In this document: positions 24,301-37,647 of the stretch, piece after piece
How the letters are laid out: each line of letters opens with the position of its first letter
How positions within the stretch are numbered: the stretch's first letter is position 1
Made by a program: the position numbers and the translations under genes
Source of the DNA: Chara braunii
Lineage: Eukaryota; Plantae; Charophyceae
NCBI GenBank assembly: GCA_003427395.1
Contig: BFEA01000005.1
Span: 6,929,495 to 6,993,494 of the forward strand
Direction: 5' to 3'
Length of the DNA stretch: 64,000 nt
Notes under the pieces: model-generated
Told to the model about the DNA's origin: nothing
The model's database searches: none
What the model saw: the letters and a program-made list of their open reading frames with translations, nothing else

Positions 24301-24575
24301 TCACCATGTGCTGGGGGAGGAGGAGTAGGAGAAGGCGGACGATGAACGCAGGTGTAGCAGGAGAAGGAGCGCGACGAGGGGGAAGAAGAAAGGTGGGAGA
24401 AGGAATGGGTGGAGGAAAGGGAGGAGAGGGAGGAAGGCGGTCGTTTTTTTGCTTTTTTCTTTTTTTGGAGAGAGATGGGGGGCAGGAAAGAGGTGTCCTG
24501 CGAGGGTAGCCGCAGTGGGCGGAATTGTGAAATTAATCAGAATTAAGTCAAATTAGGGGAATAAATAAAGTTTAA

Positions 24576-24702
24576 ACCACCAGCACCTCCACGTTTTTAG
24601 GCCGTTCACGCGGTGGCTGAACCAGTGCGCTGCGCGGGTCCCTATGCATTTGCATCAGAGCCTTCCCAGAGGAGGCCTAAGACCCACTGGGGTACTGATG
24701 GT
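24576..24702. mobile_element. Tiny TTAA-flanked MITE (ACCACCAG TIR family)
   Basis: TTAA-ACCACCAGCAC...GTACTGATGGT-TTAA. Confidence 0.65.
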
Positions 24703-25066
24703 TTAAACTTTGAAGATAGGGTGGCCTGCTTTTTTTTTTCTATTTTTGTTTTCTATTTCGAATCTATGGTGCCTCTTTTTCAGGCGCCTTTCTTAAGCTG
24801 AAATGGTTCCGGCCATTTTTCTCCAACGGGGCCATTAATTGGCCACGACTTTTGGGGAATGGCCTTCCATATCTTAATGGCTGGCCGCACCAACCTAAAA
24901 AGAAACTGTGCTGGTTCATTTTGCTTTCATTTTGCTTTTGGCTTGCAGGGTGTTTCTAGGCCCGGCGAGGGAAGGGTCATAAGTAGTGGTGGTTTAATTT
25001 GCCATCAATCATTCTGCATTGATTGGTCTGAGTGAAGTCTGGGAAAGCCTGAGTCAGTTTGTGAAC

Positions 25067-25109
<43 letters not shown>

Positions 25110-25908
25110 GGAAATTGAGGTACCAGGGCCATTACCCGGCTTTGGCTCGAAAAAATCAGAGCTACTTCAGACATGTCCATTGTCCAGGGCAATCTGTATG
25201 ATTATGTGAAATTCAGAAACAACTCAGAAAATCCCCCATCAATCCACTATACCTCACTCCGGCTAGACTGACTGCAGCAGAGCCACCACTTCTGCTGCTG
25301 CTATGCCATGCTCCCATCCTACCAGCTAGGCCCCTCACCGGTAGAACGCGTGGTAACCCACCATCCTCTCCCTCTCACCTTATCTTCTTTTTGAAATACC
25401 TAAGAAGCATGAGAATAGGCCACAGAGGTCCTACGATGATTCCAAAAACCTCGAAATCCCACCCAAACCCTTCCAACGTTCTGTAAAACTGTCGTACTCC
25501 CTGCCGATTTTTTCGACGTCTCCCAGAGTCCTACCATTAGTGCGTAATGTGGGACGGTTGGGTTTTCTGAGTGTTTTCATGACAATTCTATTGCTGATCA
25601 ATAATTAATCCTTTTAACCACTGCTAATCTGTTTTATAATAATCTAATCATAGATAATTTGACCTATTTTTGTAAAATCTTGCTCGCGTAAAACGTAAAT
25701 CATGGGTTTATGAAAACGCGCGAAGCGATCACTTCAAAAACACAAGTGATGGAGTGTTGTTTTCTAGTGCCTTTCTTTTGATAACTTGGGATACACTCAT
25801 TTCTCCCATTGGACGTACGTAATTTTGATTCATAGATTGCAATTGAGTAGCATTCAGCGCCATAGGCGCGTGAGCGCTTATAGAATAACTGGCTCATAAC
25901 GGTGGAAC

Positions 25909-25952
25909 CGTTTACATCGAGAGAGCCAGCGGTTCAAGTCCATTATTACCCA
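25909..25952 (+). pseudogene. trnV: 3' half of mitochondrial-type tRNA-Val(UAC), NUMT
   Basis: CGTTTACATCGAGAGAGCCAGCGGTTCAAGTCCATTATTACCCA: TAC anticodon loop, T arm and acceptor 3' strand; 5' half missing. Confidence 0.7.
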
Positions 25953-25955
25953 GAT

Positions 25956-26029
25956 GGGAAATTAGCTTAGTTGGTTAGAGTGCTGGTCTGTCACGCCAGA
26001 AGTCGCGGGTTCAAATCCCGTTTTTCCCA
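25956..26029 (+). tRNA. trnD: tRNA-Asp(GUC), mitochondrial type (NUMT, probably not expressed)
   Basis: Full cloverleaf with anticodon arm CTGGT-CTGTCAC-GCCAG and T arm GCGGG-TTCAAAT-CCCGT. Confidence 0.9.
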
Positions 26030-26093
26030 GGAGGTATGGCTGAGTGGCTGAAGACATTGGTTTGCTAAATCAACATACAACAAGATTGTATCG
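26030..26093 (+). pseudogene. trnS: 3'-truncated mitochondrial tRNA-Ser(GCU), NUMT
   Basis: GGAGGTATGGCTGAGTGG...TTGGTTTGCTAAATC...ATACAACAAGATTGTAT resembles plant mitochondrial trnS-GCU; T arm absent. Confidence 0.85.
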
Positions 26094-26730
26094 AGCGAAT
26101 CGCAATATCAAAAGACTAAACATTTCAGGAATCCTGGAAGAGGAAATACCAGTAACCTCAATGTTTGCAGATGATCTTACAATCATAATAAAGGCTTCCG
26201 CAACAAACATGGAAGAAATAAAAAAACCTTTTGGACAATTTGTCTGCCCTCTCAGACATGGTGGTCAATTGGGGAAGTAAAACGCAAGGATGGTGGATCC
26301 ACTCAAATGGTGGCCGTCCACCCGAATCCCCCAGGATACAATGGTTGCCATTAGAAGCCCCTCTGAGAGTGTTAGGTGCATCGTTGACTGCCTCAGGCAA
26401 ACCCACAACTAGTGATGAACGGATTTCAAAACCCGCAATCGAAAAGATGAATCAATCGAAGAATCAGCATACCTCTCATCTAGGGAGGACACTGGTTATA
26501 AATAATGTGGTGTTTGCTTCAATTTGGTACAAATCAGCAATTTGGGCAATTAGCAAACATCTCTTAAAATGAGTGACGGCGTTTCTCTGGAGAGGAGATC
26601 ACGAGCTTCAAAAGGTAATTCCGAGAGTGGCATGGTCTACCCTTCATCCAACGTAAGTCCAAGGGAGGGTTAGGAATTTTGGACCCCACCTTACAGTGTC
26701 AAGCTTTGTCACTACAGTGGATGATTGACC
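26094..26730 (+). pseudogene. LINE (L1/Tx1-like) reverse transcriptase fragment
   Basis: SMFADDLTII (RT catalytic motif), then LGRTLVINNVVFASIWY, AFLWRG and RVAWSTL across frameshifts. Confidence 0.85.
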
Positions 26731-26844
26731 TCATTCTTGGTATGTTGATTCTTCAAAAGTATGCATGTGTGGAAGGTGTCCAGCGAAGAGGACACAAAAT
26801 ACCAGACAAAAGTCGCTTGGAGAAAAGTGGAAAACATCTGCGCC

Positions 26845-26887
26845 AGAGAGAGAGAGAGAGAGATGGCGGCCCTCCATGAAGGTCCCC

Positions 26888-26931
<44 letters not shown>

Positions 26932-27072
26932 TGTTGTGCGGGCGTTTCAAAATGCAAAAGGGGGAACAAATTTCCCCACATATCCGGGAAGATTCATTCC
27001 TGTTTTGGACTTTCCAAACGCGCAGCAGAGAGAGAGCGAGAGAGGGCGACTTCGCCGCGGCCCTCCGTGCAA

Positions 27073-27140
<68 letters not shown>

Positions 27141-27444
27141 TGTGTGCGGCGAGAATGAATCTTCCTGCTTTCGAGGGAAGATGCATTCCCTTTTGCACTT
27201 CTCCCTCTCTCTCTCTCTCTCTCTCTCCCCTCAGTGTGTTTTTGTTTAACGGCTTTTTCTTTGTTTTGTTTTCGTATTTGTTTCTTTCGTTTTTCTTTTT
27301 TTTTCCCTTTTGACTGACTCATGCCGGGAAAGGTGGAGCCCGGCCTTCAAGCACAGACCGGGCCTTCCCTTGGCTGACCCCCTGGGGTGTCGCCGCGTTA
27401 ACGGGGAGGGCCTGCGGCCGATGTATGGGCCAAGTACTGGTGGT
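26845..27444. mobile_element. Partial copy of the TTAA/ACCACCAG TIR family carrying microsatellites
   Basis: Ends GGGCCAAGTACTGGTGGT-TTAA; internal segments are homologous to 40248-41566; left boundary approximate. Confidence 0.65.
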
Positions 27445-30283
27445 TTAACGGGCACAACTTTAGGAATTTCTGGTGGTTTAAATCTACAGGTCAGGGAATC
27501 TGTTTTGAGCGGTGGCTGATGGATCCTCGTCTTCCATGAGTAACGAGGCGGATGGATTTTCTTTTATATCTGTTCAGCTGATACTGCTAAGGAGTTTATA
27601 TCAGCAGATTTCGTCAAGTAATCTGGAAAGTCCTATGTTCTGAATCAGGCCCCTTTTTTTTTTTGAAGGGGAAGAATACGACGATTTGATAGACGCTTAG
27701 CAGTAAGTAGTCTGGCATAGAACGGACACAGGGCAACTGGGGATCCTCTGAGTTCGGGGGCCGAAAGGTCACGAGGTCCAGTACCCTACCGTCTTCCGCT
27801 GAACATAACGCACCCTAAAGATGAATGTATACAAGCTATATTTCTGGCCAGATACGGCCAAAAGAAGGGTGCGTTGTGTTCGGGGGATGACGGTAGTATG
27901 GGACACAAAGGTGGGGAGGCAAGAGTGAGGGCTAAGATGAAGGTTGATGTAAGGGAGGACGTTGGACCCAGTTTCCAGCAAGTGCAGCTCCCCACAAATA
28001 GAATGGAGTAAAAAAACTGCTTTGCAAATGATAACAAATTGTTGGGTTCTATAAAAAGAAAAAATGCTGGGATTCTGGGTGGGAAAAAAAAAGAAAAAAA
28101 CGAAAACCATTCTGACATTGTTCGGTACTTCGCAGCATCTACACTGGAGGGGTGTCGGCATTTGATTGGTTGGAGATTCTGTTTTTTTTTTTTTTTTTTC
28201 TTTATGTATATCTGTATTCCGTCTTGTAGACAGCAGCTTTGCAGACAGCCACTCCTGGGAGATTATGAAATGCTCTGTTTTTTCTTCTTCTTTTTTTTTG
28301 TTTTTAATCCCCACGCTTTCTTGAGGGTTGCAAACTTCTCTAGGAGTGAGGTCCCACTAGCACCCTCAGGTTTGAACCCTAGGAGTGAATCTGGACATCT
28401 TTTTGGAGAGGTGCAGGAAAAACCGCAATGCGTGGACAACCGTGCAATGTCAGGGGATGATTTTTGCGTTTCCAGAATTCTCAAGTAGGCCGGCCTGTGC
28501 GGACTGTATGTAATGTGTCAATGCCAACTGGCCCCACCGACCTGCATTTTTTTTTATTTTTTTTTTTTATAATCATTACCAGCTGAACTTTCACAAATGC
28601 CATAGCTGCTACTTGCAGTTTGTTGAGACAAATTGTCAACCCCCCCCAACTGCACCGAAAAAAAAAAAAAAAAAAAAACAGATAAAAATATAGGAAGTGA
28701 GTTCCAGCATCATATAGTGTATATGCAGAGGACTCGGTTTTTAAACAGCAGCACTGATTTGCTGACAGTGATGGTGTGTGGGGATGAGTGCACAAGAATT
28801 TCAGTCAGAGGGGCAAACATCAAATTCCTCACCAAAATTCACTGGCGGAGAATTTCGGTCAGCTGAGTGCTCCCTCTCTCTTGCATACATCGTACCGATT
28901 ACAGCCACCCACTCCATACGAGCATTTCCACCGCTGCTGTTTCGCTTTCCCCAAGGACACTGTCCTCACCATTCCACTCCTTCCAGTGGCCATGAGGAAA
29001 ACGTAGGAACTCAAACAGGTTTCCATTCCTTGCGCGCTCGTGATTCTTCATTATATGGTGCATGCTTGTGGCATGTCAGCAGTAGCAGTAGTAGATAGAT
29101 AGCTGCACGCCAAGGGCACATAGGTAGGTACACACAGAAAAGCGGGTTGTGCAAGAGTAGCAGAGATCGTGTTCGGTCCTGAGATGGAACCAAGACTCGG
29201 AGATAACACAAACCTTGTGGTGTGCGATAAATCCCCCGCACCAACTCATCGGACTGCGATGAAAGACTTTCAAAGGCCAAGCAGGTCGGCTCGAATTAAG
29301 CGCAGGTGTTTCGTACCTTGATCAAAAAACAAGTTCCAAGCTGTCTCTCTCACCTCGAACGCCCTCCCTCCTTGGAGTCCATGACACCAATCATCTGAGC
29401 AGTGAGCGGTGCACAGACCGCTTGCAGAAAGAGAAGGATCTGGTTCTTTTCTGCACCTTCTTCCCATGCGCTTGATTGAACACCCGGAACCACAAATCAA
29501 CCCTCGAGAAGTGTGACGAATAGTCTACGCTTGAAGGCAGACAAGCGAGGACAACAAACTGCACATTTCAAAATGCACAGAGAGACGACGGCCAGTTGCC
29601 AGTTTTGAGCGGTCACCATTCCACCAGCCAGGACTGGCATGCCAGTCTCTGTCCTCAGCTTTTCGGGTCAAACTAGCAAATACGAGGGCCAGCGATCAAA
29701 ACAAAGCCTTCACCAAATTGAACTTTAAGCGCGATGAATAACATTCATCGATTCAAAAAGCGCTGATGCTATTTACAAGCCCATAACTCTCCTCGTCCAG
29801 TGAGTGAATCATCAATTCAATCAAATTGAATTCTATCTGTCTTATGGTTGTTATCGTGTCGCCATAAGGCCCAACGAACACATGCTAATGGACTTGCGNN
29901 NNNNNNNNNNNNNNNNNNNNNNNNNNNNNNNNNNNNNNNNNNNNNNNNNNNNNNNNNNNNNNNNNNNNNNNNNNNNNNNNNNNNNNNNNNNNNNNNNNNN
30001 NNNNNNNNNNNNNNNNNNNNNNNNNNNNNNNNNNNNNNNNNNNNNNNNNNNNNNNNNNNNNNNNNNNNNNNNNNNNNNNNNNNNNNNNNNNNNNNNNNNN
30101 NNNNNNNNNNNNNNNNNNNNNNNNNNNNNNNNNNNNNNNNNNNNNNNNNNNNNNNNNNNNNNNNNNNNNNNNNNNNNNNNNNNNNNNNNNNNNNNNNNNN
30201 NNNNNNNNNNNNNNNNNNNNNNNNNNNNNNNNNNNNNNNNNNNNNNNNNNNNNNNNNNNNNNNNNNNNNNNNNNNNNNNNNNN

Positions 30284-30357
<74 letters not shown>

Positions 30358-30361
<4 letters not shown>

Positions 30362-31112
30362 GTAGTCCACATCCTTCCGCTCGTCTTCCCCCTCTGCCTT
30401 GCACTCCTCGTGCCTCTCATTCTCCGCCTGTTCATCGTCTTCCTCCTCTTGCTCACAAGAATGAATCCTAGATGGAACACGGGAAGATGCGCAGCCATAT
30501 CTTTTGTATATTTCCTGCATGAGGCTAGTTCCGCCTACTCTTCCTCCCGTTCTTCCACATCCTCCCCCAAGTTGCCTTCCCCCTCCCCATCCTCATCATG
30601 CTCCTCCACCTGCGACTCTTCCTCATAGTACCCATCCATCTCCTCCCCCTACCCCTCTTCCCCCTTCCCATCATGCATATCCTCGTGCCACTCGTTCTCC
30701 TCCTGTTCGTCGTCCTGCCCTCCTTGCACTTGAGAATGAATCTTTGTCGGAACATGGGAAGATATATGACCTGCATGCGGCTAGTTCCCCCTTCGCCGCT
30801 GCTCCTGCCACTCTTCCTCCCGTTCGCCCACCTCCTCTCACTCATCGTCTTCGTGCCATTATTCTCCTCCTACTCCTTTTCCCCCTCTTCATCGCGTTCC
30901 TCCTCCAGCCACTCTCCCTCGCATCACCTCCTCCCACTCGCTGTCTTCGTGGCACTTGTACTCATTTTGTTTGTTGTCCTCCCCGTCGTCCTCCTCGTCA
31001 TCCCGCCGCTCCTCCTCCCGCTCACTTAGCTTCGTTCCACTACTCACCGGATGTGCAAAATGGAATGAATTTTCCGCCGGAGCATGAGAAGATACACGAC
31101 AATTCTTGTTTC
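30358..31112 (-). repeat. Inverted copy of the 22778-23745 repeat
   Basis: Sequence comparison; left end runs into (CT)n and an N gap. Confidence 0.85.
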
Positions 31113-32639
31113 ATTTTTTCTTTCTTTTTTTGGCGGGCGTTGGCAGGTGCTGGCGGCGTCGAAGTTCCGTTGTCAAGTGCATCGAACCCCGCCTTTTCGC
31201 AAAGCGCGGGAACCCTCCCGGCCATGTCACGCAGAAGTTGAACAGAAAAAACAAGAGACAACTCGGGAACGCTCGCCAAAACGGACGCGGTTGCGTCGTT
31301 CGACTTGTCCCTTCGCCACTCGTGTCGGGTGCGCCAGCGGTACTTCCCGCGGTCCCCTACGACAGGATAGGTTCCCGCGGGGCACAACATGCCTTCCCTA
31401 AGGGGCTGTCACCACCCTTAGGGGCGTATCCCTACCGAGCTACTAAGCTTTTAAATGCAATTGTAGAGATAGGTCAGCCAAGGGCGTTTGATTGTTCGTT
31501 GTAGTATAGATACGCTTGGTTAACGTCAAGCGGACCCAAACGTCGTCCATTCCTAGGCCGCTGATCTCCTAAGTACGAAGTGTACGCCGGTCGAGTAGGA
31601 CGGTTTCAACCAAGCATGAAACCCTCAACTCGATCGTAGACATACAGTCAAACAAACATTATAACAACTATACATAATTATATAAAAAAGAGTTCATCGA
31701 AGTCAATAAAAATAAATGTTCAATATGAAATGATAACTAAAAGTATAAAAATCATCATATGATACATTCAATAACACAAATATCAAAATAAAATGCGACC
31801 ACTCCGATTCGAACTCACAAAACAATCATACGACTGTCAACGAGGGGTTGGCTACAGACAATAATATTGATGCAGTCGACAAGGTAATTGACTGCCTTAG
31901 TTTTGATTTGATGAGACGCGTTGTCAAAATTATTCATTCAACCTATTGCCGACTTAAGACCAAACATGCATACCCATCTTCGTATGTTTTGAATTTCTTG
32001 GATAAACGATTACTTTACGAATGATTCTTTATTAGGTGCATTGCTTGAAGTGTCCCATGTCTGTCCTTCTAGAAAGTGGTATGGGGTAGTCCTCCTCTTC
32101 GTCCGAGCACAAGATTCAGATATCAAAAGTTGGGCCGTCTCCACCGAATCGACAAAGTACCCCCCCGTGGAAACGGTCCACTCTGGGTCGATGACAGGGC
32201 CGACTCCTAAAGCAACGAACCCCCGCCCCAGATGCTTCTTGAAGATAGAAAATGTGTCCACTGCAAGTAGCTTTCAGATATTCTCATTTCTCCTAAGTTC
32301 AGGGTGACTTTGATGAAAATAGTTCGAGGAGGTGAAAAATGAGAATTGTTTGGACAGGTACAAGTATATAAGATCTTTAGGGATAAAATGGGTAATTATT
32401 GGGAAAAAACAAAGTCTATTTGACCTTATCTGCTTTGTTTTAATCAAATTCATTTTACGACATGCACTGAGTTAATCTTTTTCAGAACGACAAAACTTTT
32501 TGACAAGCAGGGAGGTGAAAGGTAGAAAGAGGACAATTTTTTTCTTCATCCCAAATAAGCATAATCAATCTCATTTGCAAGCATCATTCTACCTATCTGC
32601 ACAGCAAGTAAAGAAAACAAATTCAAAAGAAAACAGTAC

Positions 32640-33273
32640 AAGCTCAGACCCTGGGAGGTTGCGGGTTCAAAACTCCGCATCCTTGCGCATGGACACCGGC
32701 AGGGTGTTAGAATGACGCACGACTGGACACACTCCCCTGGGATGACGCATGGTACTATTACAGACACTGCCTGCACACCACCCAGGGGACTGTCCATGGT
32801 GTTGTATGTTGGGTCCTGGCCTATGAGGGGTTTGCCTGATACAGTTAGCAGTCTAATGAGGATGCAGGTACGGGTTTGTGGTTAGACTGCTCNTNNGTGN
32901 TGGTTACCTTAGGCTCTGCTTTGGGGGGGGCAAGGNCCNNAGGTGGGATGGGGTCCCGTTTGGGGGGAGGGTTGGCTTGGGACAAGCTCTGCTGGAGGAT
33001 ATNGGTGGGGAACCTACAGTAGGGGATTGTCTTAAGGGATCNCGGTAGGAGGGGTGTTAGTAGATAGACTNTGCTGGAGGAAATCGTTGGGGAACCTGCA
33101 GTAGGGGCTGTTTGAGGGGGATCCTCCAAGATAGGATGGTCTGGGTCCCATAAATTAGTTGCTGACTGTAGATAGGTACCTGTTATGGGTCCAGACACCG
33201 ACCTCTACAACACCCTGGGCTTAAAAAAAAATAATAATAATAATAATAATTATAATAATAATAATAATAAAAA
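32640..33273 (+). mobile_element. Probable tRNA-derived SINE with A/(AAT)n tail
   Basis: tRNA-like head GGAGGTTGCGGGTTCAAAACTCCGC; 3' GACCTCTACAACACCCTGG followed by A/(AAT)n; no clear TSD. Confidence 0.5.
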
Positions 33274-35356
33274 ATCGAGTAATTATGCCAATCGGAAAAA
33301 TAAATGTCGCCTGAGTCCAAGAAGCATGGCCCGCAACTTCACCAGTTGTGGTCTCCCAATTGGATGATGGTCCACACCTTCGCTCAAGTACTCAAATAAG
33401 AAGAGGTTGGGCCACAGAAAAAACTCAAGCAAGAGAGCCCTCCAGGAAGGTGTTTCCACAAATGAGTTTTCACATGGTCATAATGTCTGAAACTCATCCC
33501 TACTTAGACCGGTTCCAACGTCCTAGGTTGTCCCACCACAACCCCAACTGCACTTTACCCACCAAGGATACTCCCCAACCAACTGCAAGTCCACGCTGCC
33601 TCTAGTCACCACATCCGCTCAAGATAGCCACACTAGCATGCCGATCCCGTTCTCAAAATCAGTCTCTCCTAGTCCCAGAATAATCCCAAGTGATCTTAGG
33701 CGGTCCCACATCATCGCACGCAACACCAGATGGTCCAGAATTAAAAAACGCTCGGACTGTATGCCGCAAAAAAAAGAAAAAGGTGGCCCTGGTTGAAAAC
33801 TGCATGTGTCGCGTGCCCAATAATCACTGTCGTGTGCACTCACTCTGCACTTTCTTCATGCCGCTGGCCCACACACCACTGCCGCACAATCCCAAATGCG
33901 CACCAGTGCGCATACTACCAGCGGATCGTTAGAGAATAGTCCACCATCACTGCACACATTAAAAAATTAAAAGCGGGACTGCCGCTCGCCATGCCGTCGA
34001 AACCGGTACCACGCCGCCGTGCCAAAAAATTGGCAGCAGTTTCTCATCGAAATGCCGCTACCGTGCCAAAGATTTTGCAGAGTACCTCACATAAAAAATA
34101 TCATTGTTTGTCGTGCCGCCAAACAGACAGCACCTTAGGGAGACCTTGATGCCGCCTTGCTACCAGTCCGACAACACCTCCCCACCGAAGTGCCGCTGCC
34201 GCCGTGCCAAAAAAAATGACAGCACTTCTAAAAAAAAGTTGTCGCCGAGTCACAGAATGTCGGCAGCGTAACCCCCTACACACCCATGCCGCTTGCTGCA
34301 CCATCCAGCCTTGACGCATTCTCTCCGCCACAACATTAGCACAAGGGTGGGGCAGCGAGCCTTCAACCCTTGGCTATGGCTTCCCTGGCTGCACTCCTCC
34401 AGCAACGTCTCCCCGTATCCTGCAGACCTCCACTTCCTCCACCGGCAGCACTTCCTCTCTACAGCAGCATGCAGCAGTTATCCAGCATTCACATGTGAAT
34501 GCCCCAACAACACTGCCACAAGTGTGAGGCTGCTGGGTAGAGCGTTGACTTTTATAGCCAGTTTAAGGCATGTTGGTAGTTGCTTTGCCCACAACTAGGC
34601 AAAATTTGTTAGTGCTCCTGAGCTTCGATCTTGATGCCTTGGTTTTCCCCTAAGGGAAGCAAGGTCATCAACCCCCAGAAGCACTTGGCCGTCATCCCAG
34701 GTCAGATACTCCTAGAAATGGCTGTATTCAGCCATTTTACTACTGCCTGCTCAAAACGAACAGGCGCAGTCCCATCAGCCCCTATAACCTTCTGGGCTGC
34801 ACCTGTTCAGCGGCCTCGACCATATTTCCGGCTGTTACTTTTTTTCCTTCTTTTCTTTCTTCCTTTTTTTTTTCCTTTTTACCCCCCCTCGTTTTCCTGT
34901 TAGGGTGGCAGCCTGTTACTCAAAAATGAACGGGCGCCCCTCAATCATTTCACAGAGTCGAACTAGAGTCAAACTCAATAAACCTTCTACCTTGCTGCCC
35001 CAACAAGCACCCGTACCTGGGCGCCAACAGCGCCTGGTTCAGGCGCGCAGTTGGTTGGCGCAACCTATTCTTAAAAACGGACGGCATAGCTAGGGAAACC
35101 TGGAAAAAAAAAAAAAAAAAAAAAAAACCCTTACCTGAACGAATAGGCTGCCTGTTGAAACGGGTGCCCATTCACCCTTCTGCCCGTTCGTTAAAACGAA
35201 CGGTGCATAGTTGATTGAACGAACCAAAGAGGGGGGGAAACTATGCGGCATGCATATTTCCTTGCTCTAGCGAAAGATTCGTTCGATTTGGCTCGTCCTA
35301 TCAATGGAAGCAACGTGGGGGCAGCGCCATGTAGGACCTCTCTCTCTCTCTCTTTC

Positions 35357-35414
<58 letters not shown>

Positions 35415-35567
35415 TGTGTGTGTGTGTGTGTGTAATCCCATGTTCTTGTAGTAAGCTTCTTCGTTTTTGCCCATCCCATCGAAGGAAACCTCTCTGCAGC
35501 CCATTGCTCTGAAACGAATGGGCACAAAAAAGACATTACAACTCGTAAAAACGAGCAAGGCGGGGGC

Positions 35568-36231
35568 CTGCGTAGCACCCCGTTCGCGTTCTCCGGCGAA
35601 CGCGAACACGTTCGCCCGAACGTAAACAAGCTCCGAAAAACAGCGAACGCGAACGTAATTTTTTTTTATTTTTTTATTTTTATATATATAGGGGTGGGGG
35701 GGGCATAGGTGATATCCCTGAACCCCCGTGGTATCTGCAAATCCATCATCTCTGCAATGGTGCTGCCCCCCACCAGATCCACCCCATCCCCCCCCTGCAC
35801 GCCAAGCATATATGTTGTTGATTCGCATTAAGGTCCCTGTTTCAACAGTTATGGGACCACTGAGCACGCGAGCTGAGCATGCGAGTTTTTGGGCAGTAGC
35901 AGGTCAACTCACCACGTGCTTTTCAGGGCTTCCCTCCACTACTCACCAAATGTGCACAACTAGAATGAATCTTCTGCTAGAACATGGAACCATACGTCGC
36001 CATATGTTTTATCTTTTGTGCAAGTAGTGACGAGTGGAGCAAGGCTATTAGGGCCACTGCTCGTAGGAAAACGAAACAAAAGAAAAAGAAAAGAAAAGGA
36101 AAAAAAAAAAACAAAAGAAAAAGAGGAATGAATCTTCTGCTGGAACATGGAACCATACGCCGCCATATGTTTTGTCTGCAAGTACTGACGAGTGGAGCAG
36201 GGCTCTTAGGGCCACTGCTCGTAGGAAAATG

Positions 36232-36265
<34 letters not shown>

Positions 36266-36741
36266 GAAACAAAAGAAAGAGAGGACTCAGAGGAATGAAT
36301 CTTCTGCTGGAACATGGAACCATACGCCGCCATATGTTTTGTCTTTTGTGCAAGTAGTGACGAGTGGAGCAAGGCTCCTAGGGCCACTGTCACTAGGAAA
36401 ACAAAACAAAAGAAACAGAGGGCTACCGTAGTAATGTAACCCATAACTTCTAGAAAGCGGACCTGACTTCGAAACCAGAACATATATTGCTGGCCTGCTC
36501 GTGTCTCACACGAATTCTGCTCAACATCTCTCGAGATGTTGGGACCCTTGCAGATACACTGCAGGGGTCCTTCGGGAAAATGATTTAACAAGGAATACGT
36601 GGGCCTAATTTTTTTTTTTTGTGCCCTTTTTATTTTTCAGAAGGGAGGGGCACCATTGGCTACCTCAGCCAACCCTCCCCGATTTTTTTTTTAAATCCTA
36701 TATATTGGGGTGCGCCTCATCATGTGCGCGCCGCAGGTATG

Positions 36742-36796
<55 letters not shown>

Positions 36797-36972
36797 GATG
36801 CTCCCCAGGCCCCTCCAAAGCCCCGCCGGCAACCGGTACCGGCCCAGGGAAACCCCGTTCGCGGGCCTCGAAAATACGTTCTCGCGAACGTGTTCTCGAC
36901 CTGTTCGCGCGAACGGGAGAACGTGTTCGCCCGAACAGAAAGGGCCGCGAACACGTTCGCCGTGCTACGCAG
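35568..36972. mobile_element. Non-autonomous TIR element with 8-bp TSD
   Basis: TIR CTGCGTAGCAC/GTGCTACGCAG; TSD GCGGGGGC (35560-67, 36973-80); subterminal GAACACGTTC-type repeats; three internal ~165-bp tandem units (35963-36410). Confidence 0.8.
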
Positions 36973-37447
36973 GCGGGGGCGAATCTAAATGAAAAAAAAA
37001 GAATCTAAAAAAATCGAAAAGAAAAATCAAAGGCAAATCTAAAAAAAAAATCTAAACAAATAAAGAAAAAAAAAAAGGAAAAAAACCAAAACTTACTTTT
37101 TCGCAGAATAGTCGCCCGTTTCTTCGGGCACTGTCAAGAGCACTGGGGCTGAAACGCCCCAGTCACATCCAAAAGCGCCAAGTGGCACTTCGGTTAGTAG
37201 TTAGTTTTTTTTTTTTTCTTTTTTCTTTTTTTTCTGATTTAATGCCTCATCCGCGCGACCATTTCAGGCCGTGCGATCTTGCAGATCGCGCGGCCGAAAT
37301 CGATCGCGTTAGATGATTCCTACCTACAACTGCTCCAAAAGAAGATATGCAAGTAGGGGGTGGCATATCAGATTCGATCCTTGTATCTGTCGGGTAAGAG
37401 TCATGTATTATATCCTACTGGGCTAGCTCCTATTACAACTATCTACA

Positions 37448-37614
37448 ATTTCATTACGCCTACACCTAAGGGTTTAAGCTTACGCTGACCCATTATGCAA
37501 AAGGTACGTCGTTAACCTTTGCAAATCCATTATCCATTGATTGATGATGCATCTTTTAGCCTTCGACTAATTGCTTGCATCGGGTTTCAGGTTTTCTATT
37601 TCACTCCCTTCCTT

Positions 37615-37646
<32 letters not shown>

Positions 37647-37647
37647 C
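37448..37647 (-). pseudogene. rrn26: Mitochondrial-type LSU rRNA fragment (NUMT)
   Basis: The minus strand reads GTACCGTGAGGGAAAGGTGAAAAGAACCC...GGGAGTGAAATAG...GTACCTTTTGCATAATGGGTCAGCG. Confidence 0.85.

Noticed and set aside
25956-26029. Functional nuclear tRNA-Asp gene
   Set aside because: Organellar-type sequence between truncated mitochondrial tRNAs, with no oligo-T terminator.
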